DNA of 64,000 bases from an uncultured delta proteobacterium (lineage in GTDB: Bacteria; Desulfobacterota; BSN033; UBA1163). This document shows, piece after piece, positions 17,218-25,555 of this stretch (its first letter is position 1; each line of letters begins with the position of its first letter). The notes beneath the pieces were generated by a model. The model worked only from the letters and a program-made list of their open reading frames with translations, ran no database searches and was not told the DNA's origin. A program made the position numbers and the translations under genes. The stretch is from NCBI GenBank assembly GCA_963731045.1, contig CAVSVC010000010.1, positions 74,630 to 138,629 of the forward strand, given 5' to 3'.

Positions 17218-17922
17218 ATGCGCTTCACGGTTCAGAAAGAGTTGTTTGATCACCTGCCCGATCTTACGCTTGGCGTCGTCGTCGCAACCGGCCTGGACAA
17301 TACCCGTCCCCGCAAAGAAATCGATGATCTTCTGACCCGGGCTGTCGGAGGAATCAAGGAGAACATCAACACGGGGAAACCCCAGGACCATCCCAGGATC
17401 AAACCCTGGAGAGCGGCTTTTTCAAAGGTTGGCATTTCGGGAAGTAAATTTCCGAGTTCCATCGAGTCGATGACCCGGAGAATTCTGAAGGGAGACCCCT
17501 TTCCGAGAATCAACCCCCTGGTTGATCTTTATAACAGTCTCTCGTTGAAGTATCTGGTTCCCATGGGCGGTCACGATCTGGATACCCTGAGGGGAGATGT
17601 CCATCTTCGATTCGCGGAGGGATGGGAACCTTTTACCCCGATGGGAACAGGAGAACCCATGATCGTCCCAAAAGGGGAACTCGTCTATCGAGACGAACAG
17701 GAGGTGCTTACCCGGAATTGGGCATGGCGTCAGTGCGAAAAAGATAAAGCCACGGAAAGAACGAAAAACATCTTCATTCCCATCGACGTTCTTGGAGAGG
17801 TGGGCAAAGAGAGGGCGGGTGAAATCATCCGGGAGTTGGACACCTTGATCCCGCAGTTTCTGGGAGGGAAGATCCTTTCGTCCATTCTGGACAGCGAACA
17901 TCCCTCCGTGGAGATTGGGTGA
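17218..17922 (+). CDS. B3/B4 tRNA-binding-domain protein (PheT B3/B4-like)
   Basis: ORF 17218..17922, SD GAGAGGAG. The sequence pattern (DLTLGVVVATGLDN...PSSIESMTRR...INPLVDLYNSLSLKYLVPMGGHDLD) is typical of stand-alone B3/B4 proteins. Confidence 0.8.
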   Translation: MRFTVQKELFDHLPDLTLGVVVATGLDNTRPRKEIDDLLTRAVGGIKENINTGKPQDHPRIKPWRAAFSKVGISGSKFPSSIESMTRRILKGDPFPRINPLVDLYNSLSLKYLVPMGGHDLDTLRGDVHLRFAEGWEPFTPMGTGEPMIVPKGELVYRDEQEVLTRNWAWRQCEKDKATERTKNIFIPIDVLGEVGKERAGEIIRELDTLIPQFLGGKILSSILDSEHPSVEIG

Positions 17923-17974
17923 CCCGAGTCCCGGCCTGGTCGCGGGCGGAAAAACTTACCCTCAGGGCCTGGAA

Positions 17975-18004
17975 AGAAAAAAAGGGAAGAGTCTTGCTCT
18001 TCCC
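17975..18004 (-). terminator. Terminator of the small lipoprotein gene
   Basis: Stem GGGAAGAG (17984-17991) / CTCTTCCC (17997-18004). On the minus strand it is followed by T9. Confidence 0.55.
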
Positions 18005-18080
18005 TTACAAAAACGTTCTCTTTCCTCCTATGGGCCCATTTTACTCTTTCATCGACTCAGGCTTCTTGCTGCGAAAAGAA

Positions 18081-18242
18081 TCAGAATCCTTTCTTCTGAA
18101 TTTCCGCTAAGCCTTCATCCACTGTAAAAACGGCACCACATTTGGGGCATTTAATCTTTGTGTCTTTTGCAATGCCACCGCATCCTACCGAGAAAACTGC
18201 CAACATCGCCAATGCCAAGAAAATACTCACCCATTTCCTCAT
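18081..18242 (-). CDS. 53-aa putative lipoprotein with a CxxC knuckle
   Basis: Not in the ORF track. ATG 18242 follows AAGGAGGTGA. The product is MRKWVSIFLALAMLAVFSVGCGGIAKDTKIKCPKCGAVFTVDEGLAEIQKKGF, with a lipobox-like SVGC and CPKC. A terminator lies downstream. Confidence 0.6.
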   Translation of the reverse strand: MRKWVSIFLALAMLAVFSVGCGGIAKDTKIKCPKCGAVFTVDEGLAEIQKKGF

Positions 18243-18726
18243 TACGCTTCACCTCCTTTCGTTAAAGGTCTGGAGAAGTTCGGCTAACGTCACCCCGCCA
18301 ACACGAATAACAAAAAAATGAAGTTATTGTCAAGAAAAAAATGAACGAACACCAAAAAAGCGAGCGCCTCCCCGGCCCGCAGGCAGGGAATCAGGTCAGA
18401 CCGATAGCAGGTTCCCGGAAACATCGGCTATGAAGGGCGTATCCGGTCTTTCGTCGGCGCTTTCAAGGAAACCTATTTTTTCTTGGACGTCCCTTTCTTG
18501 GTTGCCTTCTTCGTTTTAGGAGTCTTCGTTCCACAGGCCATCTGTTCCCCCCGTTGTTTTCGTGCTAATTATTGATTTATTTATCTCTTTTAATTTACTA
18601 TTTGTCAAGAGTTTTCTTAATCGGGATTTCCGTAACGAAAACAGGGGTCTTATCGTCGGCCTCCTTTTCCCGGAAAAGAGAAGCCGTTTTTACTTCCCGT
18701 CTCTCCGTGGATTTGTCAAGGGTGCC

Positions 18727-19866
18727 ATGCCGCTGAAACGGACGAAAACAGCCCTTCTCCATCGAACGGATTACCTCTCGGGCAATGAAGCAGCTGCAGA
18801 GGCGGCCATTGCCGCCGGTTGCAGGTTTTACGCCGGATATCCCATCACCCCTTCCAGCGAAATCATGGAACGCATGGCGGTCCGTCTCGCGGAGGTGGGA
18901 GGGGTCTTCATCCAGATGGAGGATGAGATCGGTTCCATCTCCGCCGTCATCGGAGCGTCATGGGCCGGGGCGAAGGCCATGACCGCCACATCGGGTCCCG
19001 GATTCAGCCTGATGCAGGAAGCGATCGGATACGCCGCATTTACCGAAACGCCCTGCGTCGTCATGGATGTCCAGCGGGCAGGTCCCGGCACCGGCCAGGC
19101 GACCAGAGTGGGAAGCGGTGACGTCATGCAGGCGAAATGGGGCTCCCATGGCGACTATCAGGTGATCGCCCTCTCTCCCTGGTCGGTTCAGGAAATGGCG
19201 GATTTCACCATTCAGGCCTTCAATCTCAGCGAACGGTATCGTGTCCCTGCCATGGTTCTGGCCGACGCAGCCATCGGTCATCTTCGGGAAAATGTTTCCA
19301 TCCCACGAAGGATCGAAACCTGGTCCAGAAAGAAGAGGAAAGGGGCTCCCCCTTTCGGGACCGATTCGGAAGACGGGGTTCCGGATATGCCGGCTTTCGG
19401 GGAGGGCGCCCGTCTGCTCGTCACCGGGTCCACCCATGATGCGATGGGTTTCCGAAAGACCGATGATCCGGAGGCTCATGCCAGACTCGTCGAGCGTATC
19501 CATCAAAAAATCCTGAAGCATCGGGGATCGATTGCTCAAACCGAATCCTACTTCCTGGAAGAGGCTGAAACGGTTGTCGTGGCCTACGGGTTCACTGCCC
19601 GGACGAGCCTCTATGCGGTCAGAAGACTGCGTCAGGAGGGCGCAAAGGTCGGCTTGTTAAGATTGAAAACCCTCTGGCCTTTCCCGGAGGAGGCGGTTCG
19701 AAAAGCAGGGGAGCGGGTTCAGTGGGTCGTCGTTCCCGAAATGAATCAGGGCCAGGTTGCCGGAGAGGTGAAAAAGGCGTGTCTTCGCGATGTCCTCCAG
19801 ATCCATCAAAGCAACGGGGAAGTCATCCGTCCCGAGAAGATCTTTGAGGTTTTGAAGAACCTGTAG
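18727..19866 (+). CDS. korA: 2-oxoacid:ferredoxin oxidoreductase, alpha subunit
   Basis: ORF 18562..19866. Homology begins at ATG 18727 (MPLKRTK...GNEAAAEAAIAAGCRFYAGYPITPSSEI). Confidence 0.9.
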   Translation: MPLKRTKTALLHRTDYLSGNEAAAEAAIAAGCRFYAGYPITPSSEIMERMAVRLAEVGGVFIQMEDEIGSISAVIGASWAGAKAMTATSGPGFSLMQEAIGYAAFTETPCVVMDVQRAGPGTGQATRVGSGDVMQAKWGSHGDYQVIALSPWSVQEMADFTIQAFNLSERYRVPAMVLADAAIGHLRENVSIPRRIETWSRKKRKGAPPFGTDSEDGVPDMPAFGEGARLLVTGSTHDAMGFRKTDDPEAHARLVERIHQKILKHRGSIAQTESYFLEEAETVVVAYGFTARTSLYAVRRLRQEGAKVGLLRLKTLWPFPEEAVRKAGERVQWVVVPEMNQGQVAGEVKKACLRDVLQIHQSNGEVIRPEKIFEVLKNL

Positions 19867-19935
19867 GGAGGACGTCTGCTGCTTCGAGATCGGACGGGTG
19901 GCAGCACGGGATGGCCCTACGGATGAGGTTCCGCA

Positions 19936-20700
19936 ATGGCAAGAGCAATGGAAAAGTATCTCCGCCCCGGCGTCAAGGGAACCCCTTTCTGCCCGGGCTG
20001 CGGCCACGGGATCCTGATGCATGCCGTTTTAAGGGCCATAGATGAACTCAACCTGAAGATGGAGAAGCTGCTCTTTGTCTCCGGGATCGGGTGCGCTGCG
20101 TGGATCCCCAGTCCCCATTTTAATGGAGACACCCTTCATACCCTTCACGGCAGGGCGCTGGCCTTTGCCACGGGGGCCAAACTCTTCAACCCGGATCTCA
20201 CGGTGATGGTCATCAGCGGAGACGGAGATCTTTCTTCGATCGGAGGAAATCATCTGATCCACGCGGCAAGAAGAAACATCGACCTGAAGGTGATCTGTGC
20301 CAACAATATGATCTACGGGATGACGGGCGGACAGGTTGCCTCGACCACGCCGAAAGGATCAAGAACCTCCACCACAGAAGAAGGGAATCCCTACCGTCCT
20401 TTTGATCTGTGCAAGCTGGTGGAGGCCGCAGGCGCAACGTACGTGGCCAGGTACTCCGTCACACAACCCGAAGGGCTGATGCGCTCCATCAAGAAGGCTT
20501 TTCTCAACAGAGGGTTCTCTTTCATCGAGGTCCTCTCTCCCTGTCCGACACAGTTCGGCAGAAGGAATCAATTCGACCGCCCTGAGGATATGGTCCAGAA
20601 CCTCATCCGGCAATGCATTCTCAAGGAGGAGGCGGAGCGGTTGACGGAGGAAGAACTGTCCGGAAGGATCATCACCGGGGAATTCGTCTGTTCATCTTAA
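19936..20700 (+). CDS. korB: 2-oxoacid:ferredoxin oxidoreductase, beta (TPP-binding) subunit
   Basis: ORF 19936..20700. FCPGCGHG and the TPP motif ISGDGDLSSIGGNHLIHAARRN. Confidence 0.9.
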   Translation: MARAMEKYLRPGVKGTPFCPGCGHGILMHAVLRAIDELNLKMEKLLFVSGIGCAAWIPSPHFNGDTLHTLHGRALAFATGAKLFNPDLTVMVISGDGDLSSIGGNHLIHAARRNIDLKVICANNMIYGMTGGQVASTTPKGSRTSTTEEGNPYRPFDLCKLVEAAGATYVARYSVTQPEGLMRSIKKAFLNRGFSFIEVLSPCPTQFGRRNQFDRPEDMVQNLIRQCILKEEAERLTEEELSGRIITGEFVCSS

Positions 20701-20724
20701 ACTTTCCCTATCGGATGGGATGCC

Positions 20725-21273
20725 GTGGCAAAGATCACACAGGTTCGTTTGAGCGGTTTTGGAGGCCAGGGGATTGTCCTGGCAGGAAGACTCCTGGGTC
20801 ATGCGGGGGTGATCGAAGGGAAATATGTTTGCGGCTCGGACGCCTATGGTGCCCAGGCCCGGGGCTCCGGCTGCAAATCGGAGGTCATTTTTTCAAAGGA
20901 TCCCATCGACTTTCCCCATCTGATCGGAGCGGACATTCTTGTGGCTATGTCGCAGCAGGCCTATCAGGCGGACTGTGACGATGTTATAAAACCGTCAGGG
21001 CTCGTTTTTTACGATCAGGGGCAGGTGACACCCAGGCAGGATTTGAATGTGAGTCAATTTGGAATTCCGGCGACAGCCTATGCCGTCAAGAAACTGAAGA
21101 ACAGGCAGGTTGCAAACATCATCCTGGTCGGCAGCCTTGTGGAGAAGACGGGAATCGTCTCTCCCGGTACCCTCCGGAAGGCTATCCGTTCTTTGATCCC
21201 CCCAAGATTCTCGGCCCTGAACATCGAGGCCTTCCGGGTCGGCATGGACCTGGGGAGAAAAACGCATGGTTGA
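20725..21273 (+). CDS. korC: 2-oxoacid:ferredoxin oxidoreductase, gamma subunit
   Basis: ORF 20725..21273 (GTG start). RLSGFGGQGIVLAG is typical of the gamma subunit. Confidence 0.85.
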   Translation: MAKITQVRLSGFGGQGIVLAGRLLGHAGVIEGKYVCGSDAYGAQARGSGCKSEVIFSKDPIDFPHLIGADILVAMSQQAYQADCDDVIKPSGLVFYDQGQVTPRQDLNVSQFGIPATAYAVKKLKNRQVANIILVGSLVEKTGIVSPGTLRKAIRSLIPPRFSALNIEAFRVGMDLGRKTHG

Positions 21274-22648
21274 GGGAAGAACCCACAGGCCGGTGATTCA
21301 TCCGGAGAAATGCCGGAGCTGCAATATCTGCATCAGAGGGTGTCCTGCGGAAATCATTCCGGAATACCGACAGGAACCGGAGACCCTGCGTGGCGCCCTT
21401 TACAGAGGAAGGTTGACAGAAGCCGGACGGGAAGACCGGGTGCCGCTTCCTCCGTGTCAGGAGGCCTGTCCCATCCATCAGGATACAAGAGGCTATGCCG
21501 GCCTCATTGCCAGAGGAAAGCTGAAAGAGGCCCTCGAATTGATCCGGGAAGTTAACCCCCTCCCGGCTGTCTGTGGATTTATCTGCCACCACCTTTGTGA
21601 AGAGGCCTGTTTGAGAACCGAGGTGGATCAGCCCGTCCCGCTCAGGCTCCTGAAGCGCTTCGTCGCGGAATACGAGAGGGAAGGAGGGAGGGTCCTCCGC
21701 AGACCCCGGAAAAAGAGACGCGAAAGAATCCTGGTGATCGGTTCCGGACCTGCAGGCCTGACGGCAGCCAATGATTTGAGCCTTCTGGGATACGGGGTGG
21801 TCATTATGGAAGCCCTTCCGGTCTCCGGGGGAATGCTTGCCGTGGGGATCCCGGAATTTCGGTTACCCAGGGACATCCTCAAAATGGAAATCGAAGGCAT
21901 CAAAGCACTCGGGGTGGAGGTCCGGACGGAACACCCTTTCCGGTTCGACGGGAGCGTGAACGTCTTTCGAAAGCTCGGCTTCCAGGCGGTCTTTCTTTCC
22001 ATCGGGGCCCATCGCAGCGCCCGCCTGAAGGTGCCGGGCACCGCATTCCAGGGGGTCTCATCTGGAGTGGAATTCCTGCGGGATCTGAACCTCGGTAAGA
22101 CCATGCCGGTTGGAAAGAAAGTCGTCGTGATCGGCGGCGGGAATGTCGCCCTTGATGTGGCGCGTTCCGTCATTCGACGGAAAGCGGAGTCGGTCGACCT
22201 CATTTATCGAAGATCCCGGAGAGAGATGCCCGCCATGGCCGAGGAAGTGGATGAAGCCGTTCGCGAAGGGATCAGGATGCTTTTTCTTGCGTCTCCCGTT
22301 CGAATCACCGGAAAAAACGGCAAGGCAACCGGTCTGGAATGTGTCCGAATGGAGCTTGGCCCGCTCGATCGATCAGGGAGACCATGGCCGGTCCCGATTG
22401 AAGGATCCGGTTTCAGGGTGAAGGCCGATCGCATCATTTCAGCCATAGGCCAGCGTGTGGACTCAAGCGCTTTAAGAGGACTCGCCCTCCGGGAAGATGG
22501 AACCCTGGCGGTCCATCCGGACACCGGGGCAGCGAACGTGGAAGGTGTTTTTGCAGGAGGGGACGTGGTCACAGGACCTGGCTGGGCGATCGATGCCATC
22601 GCAGCCGGCAAAAGGGGGGCCGTATCGATCGATCAATACCTTTCATGA
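21266..22648 (+). CDS. GltD/NfnB/SudA-like FAD-dependent NAD(P)H oxidoreductase with Fe-S clusters
   Basis: ORF 21266..22648 overlaps the korC stop by 8 nt. It has an N-terminal CRSCNICIRGCP and the GltD-type cluster region (CQEACP...VCGFICHHLCEEACLR). There are two dinucleotide folds (VIGSGPAGL, VIGGGNVALD). Confidence 0.85.
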   Translation: MVEGRTHRPVIHPEKCRSCNICIRGCPAEIIPEYRQEPETLRGALYRGRLTEAGREDRVPLPPCQEACPIHQDTRGYAGLIARGKLKEALELIREVNPLPAVCGFICHHLCEEACLRTEVDQPVPLRLLKRFVAEYEREGGRVLRRPRKKRRERILVIGSGPAGLTAANDLSLLGYGVVIMEALPVSGGMLAVGIPEFRLPRDILKMEIEGIKALGVEVRTEHPFRFDGSVNVFRKLGFQAVFLSIGAHRSARLKVPGTAFQGVSSGVEFLRDLNLGKTMPVGKKVVVIGGGNVALDVARSVIRRKAESVDLIYRRSRREMPAMAEEVDEAVREGIRMLFLASPVRITGKNGKATGLECVRMELGPLDRSGRPWPVPIEGSGFRVKADRIISAIGQRVDSSALRGLALREDGTLAVHPDTGAANVEGVFAGGDVVTGPGWAIDAIAAGKRGAVSIDQYLS

Positions 22649-22658
22649 AGGGGCGGGA

Positions 22659-22982
22659 ATGACGAGGGAATGTAAGAAAGAAGTTGTACCGAAGCCGAAA
22701 CGGGAAGGCCCGCTTCACAGGAAGCGAAGGCAGGGCCCCCCCGCCGGAGAATCCGGCCTTCAAAAGGAAGAGGCCGTTCAGGAAGCCCAACGTTGCCTGG
22801 GGTTGCGGGAATGTGAATCGTGTGAGACCTGTTCTCTCTTCTGCCCCGATCTCTGCATCACCCGGGACGAGAAGACAGGGCAGGTCCAGATCGACCTGAA
22901 CTACTGCAAAGGATGCGGCATCTGTGCATCCGTCTGTCCCAAAAAAGCGATTCAGATGGTCCTGGAAGGGGAAGGGGTATGA
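22659..22982 (+). CDS. korD: 2x[4Fe-4S] ferredoxin, delta subunit of the 2-oxoacid oxidoreductase
   Basis: This is the C-terminal part of ORF 22497..22982, starting at ATG 22659. Motifs CESCETCSLFCP and CKGCGICASVCP. Confidence 0.8.
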   Translation: MTRECKKEVVPKPKREGPLHRKRRQGPPAGESGLQKEEAVQEAQRCLGLRECESCETCSLFCPDLCITRDEKTGQVQIDLNYCKGCGICASVCPKKAIQMVLEGEGV

Positions 22983-23764
22983 AAGAGAAGATACGGTTCG
23001 ATCTCAATTCCGATGTCGGAGAGAGTTTCGGAGTTTACAAACTGGGACTCGATGAGGACGTGATTCCTCACATCACCTCCGCAAACATCGCCTGTGGTTT
23101 CCATGCCGGGGATCCCGGGGTCATGCGGAAGACCGTCGCCCTGGCCAAACAGTATGGTGTCGCCGTCGGCGCCCATCCCGGATTTCCAGACCTCATGGGA
23201 TTCGGAAGAAGAAAGATGGACGCCACGATCGAAGAAATCCAGGATTACGTCGTCTATCAGACCGGGGCCCTTCAGGCCTTTGCCAGGGCTCAGGGGCTCA
23301 AATTGCAGCACCTGAAAGCGCACGGCGGTCTCTACAACATGGCTGTGGCAAATCCGAAAATCTGGCAGGCCATGGCCGAGGCTGTAGCCAGCGTGGATCC
23401 GGAGATCATTCTGATCGTCCTGGCTTCCTCAATGAGAGACACCCTGCTGGAGACGGGAAAACGGGTGGGGATCCGTTTCGCCTTTGAAGCCTTTCCTGAC
23501 CGCGCCTACAACAGCGATGGCGCGCTGACCTCGCGAAGAGAAAAAGGGGCAGTGATCGAAGACCATCAACGAGTGGCTCAGAGGGCACTGAAAATGGCCC
23601 TGGAGGGGAAAGTCGTTGCGACCGATGGGACAGAGATTGACCTCAGGGCGGAAACCCTCTGCGTTCACGGGGACAACCCTGCCGCAGTCCAGATGGTCAA
23701 AAAGATCCGGGAAGACCTGAAAACAGCCGGCGTCGAAGTGACAGCCCTGCAGAATCTATTCTAA
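22979..23764 (+). CDS. pxpA: 5-oxoprolinase subunit A (LamB/YcsF family)
   Basis: ORF 22913..23764. Start ATG 22979 overlaps the korD stop (ATGA). DLNSDVGESFG...ANIACGFHAGDP is characteristic. Confidence 0.9.
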   Translation: MKEKIRFDLNSDVGESFGVYKLGLDEDVIPHITSANIACGFHAGDPGVMRKTVALAKQYGVAVGAHPGFPDLMGFGRRKMDATIEEIQDYVVYQTGALQAFARAQGLKLQHLKAHGGLYNMAVANPKIWQAMAEAVASVDPEIILIVLASSMRDTLLETGKRVGIRFAFEAFPDRAYNSDGALTSRREKGAVIEDHQRVAQRALKMALEGKVVATDGTEIDLRAETLCVHGDNPAAVQMVKKIREDLKTAGVEVTALQNLF

Positions 23765-23782
23765 GAGAACAGATTCGAAGCA

Positions 23783-23817
23783 CCTGCCTGCGCGTAGCCG
23801 CTTCGGAGCAGGCAGGG
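23783..23817. repeat. REP-like GC-rich palindromic element, copy 2 (inverted relative to copy 1)
   Basis: CCTGCCTGCGCGTAGCCGCTTCGGAGCAGGCAGGG has stem CTGCCTGC/GCAGGCAG and is followed by GATTTCGGATTTTTTGG. It lies between pxpA and pxpB. Confidence 0.6.
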
Positions 23818-23840
23818 ATTTCGGATTTTTTGGTGAGGGG

Positions 23841-24530
23841 ATGAATCTTTATCCGGAAACCGTCTTCAGGCCAATGGGAGATCGCGGCCTCCTGCTTGAA
23901 TTCGGAGATGCGATCAGCCGTGAGGCAAACGATAAGGTAAGGAGAATGGCCCTTGCCCTCCAGGCGAAGGCCATTGCCGGCATTGTTGAAACGGTCCCTG
24001 CCTATCGTTCTCTTCTCGTCATCTATGATCCGCTGCTCCTCTGCGTCACTGCCGTGAAGGAAGCCTTAAAGAAGATCGAGAGAGAACTTCAGCAGATCAC
24101 GTTTCCCCAGCCGAAGCTGAACCGGATTCCTGTCCTCTATGGAGGTTCTTATGGTCCGGACCTGGATGACGTCGCCCGGCACCATCAGATCCCATCCGGA
24201 GAGGTCATCCGTCTCCATTGCAGTCTTCCCTATCTCATTTACATGATCGGCTTTATGCCCGGGTATCCCTATATGGGAGAACTCCCGGAGAAACTCGTCA
24301 CACCCCGGCTGAAGACGCCGAGATTATCGGTTCCGGCCGGTTCCGTGGCGATTGCACAGAGGCAGACGGGCATCTATACGGTGGAGAGCCCGGGAGGCTG
24401 GCGGGTCATCGGCCGCACCCCGGAAAGACTGTTCGATCCTCAAAAAGACCCCCCTGCCCTGCTTCAAGCGGGAGACCAGGTCCGGTTCTATCCCATCTCT
24501 GAAAAAGAGTTTGAAGCATGGAGACGATAG
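23841..24530 (+). CDS. pxpB: 5-oxoprolinase subunit B (KipI / allophanate hydrolase subunit 1 family)
   Basis: ORF 23841..24530. VPAYRSLLVIYDP and GFMPGYPYMG motifs. Confidence 0.9.
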   Translation: MNLYPETVFRPMGDRGLLLEFGDAISREANDKVRRMALALQAKAIAGIVETVPAYRSLLVIYDPLLLCVTAVKEALKKIERELQQITFPQPKLNRIPVLYGGSYGPDLDDVARHHQIPSGEVIRLHCSLPYLIYMIGFMPGYPYMGELPEKLVTPRLKTPRLSVPAGSVAIAQRQTGIYTVESPGGWRVIGRTPERLFDPQKDPPALLQAGDQVRFYPISEKEFEAWRR

Positions 24531-25483
24531 AGACTTTCGAAGTCCTGGACCCCGGCATCCTGACCACGATTCAGGACCTCGGCCGGCACGGCCTTGCCCG
24601 GTTCGGAGTCCCTCCTTCCGGGGCTTCAGATTCCTTTTCATTCAGAGCCGCCAATCTCCTTGCGGGAAACCGGGAGGCCGAGGCGTGCCTTGAAATCACG
24701 ATCATGGGTCTCAGGATGAGGGCTTTAAGGGAGATTGTCGTCTCTATCACAGGCGGGGACCTCACCCCTCTTCTCAACGGAGATCCCCTTGCAATGTGGA
24801 AGACCCACCTCCTGGTCGAAGGGGACATCGTCGCCTTCAAGAAGGTGAGGACGGGCTGCCGGGCCTATCTTGCAGCGGGGGGAGGCATCTCCGTTTCCCC
24901 TGTCATGGGAAGCCGGGCCACCTGTCTCTCCGGAAAATTCGGCGGCTTGGAAGGCAGGGCCCTGAAGCGTGGGGATCTCCTCTCTGTCCCGGACGTCCCG
25001 CCCCTGTTGAAAAACGTGGGAACTCAATTTCCAGGCGTCTGGGTCCCCGACCTGAAGAAAGAGGCCTCTTTCAAAGTGATCTTCGGCCCTCAGGACGATC
25101 ACTTTACTCAGGAGGGAATCGGCACCTTCCGGTCTTCCGTCTACGAGGTGTCTCGCCAATGTGACCGGACCGGCATCCGGCTCCAGGGCCCGATCATTCG
25201 AAGACGGCCGGACGTGGAAGAATCGATCATCTCCGAAGGACTGGTCCCGGGAGTGATCCAGGTCCCAGGGGACGGTCAACCCATGATGATCCTGACGGAA
25301 ACAGTCACTGGGGGCTACGCAAAGATTGCCACCGTCATTTCCGCCGAGTTAAGCAGAATCGCCCAGTTGAAACCGGGAGACAGGGTGCGTTTTGAATCCA
25401 TCGGCATTGAGGAGGCCCACCGTCTTCTTCGGGAACAGGAAGAGCGTTTAAGCGCTTTTGCCGCTTCACTCCAGCGGGGTTGA
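24518..25483 (+). CDS. pxpC: 5-oxoprolinase subunit C (KipA / allophanate hydrolase subunit 2 family)
   Basis: ORF 24518..25483 overlaps pxpB by 13 nt. TIQDLGRHG...G(V)PPSGA pattern. Confidence 0.9.
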   Translation: METIETFEVLDPGILTTIQDLGRHGLARFGVPPSGASDSFSFRAANLLAGNREAEACLEITIMGLRMRALREIVVSITGGDLTPLLNGDPLAMWKTHLLVEGDIVAFKKVRTGCRAYLAAGGGISVSPVMGSRATCLSGKFGGLEGRALKRGDLLSVPDVPPLLKNVGTQFPGVWVPDLKKEASFKVIFGPQDDHFTQEGIGTFRSSVYEVSRQCDRTGIRLQGPIIRRRPDVEESIISEGLVPGVIQVPGDGQPMMILTETVTGGYAKIATVISAELSRIAQLKPGDRVRFESIGIEEAHRLLREQEERLSAFAASLQRG

Positions 25484-25555
25484 CCGGCATGGGTCCCTTG
25501 GAGAGCGATTTGTCCGGGTTCGTTTCTGCGTCTGAAGGATGAATCAACGCCCCTC

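Noticed and set aside
18480-18545. 22-codon Lys-rich minus-strand mini-ORF MACGTKTPKTKKATKKGTSKKK behind a G-rich SD-like run.
   Set aside because: It is too short and low-complexity, with no terminator or conservation evidence available. It could easily arise by chance in this AT/GA-rich spacer.
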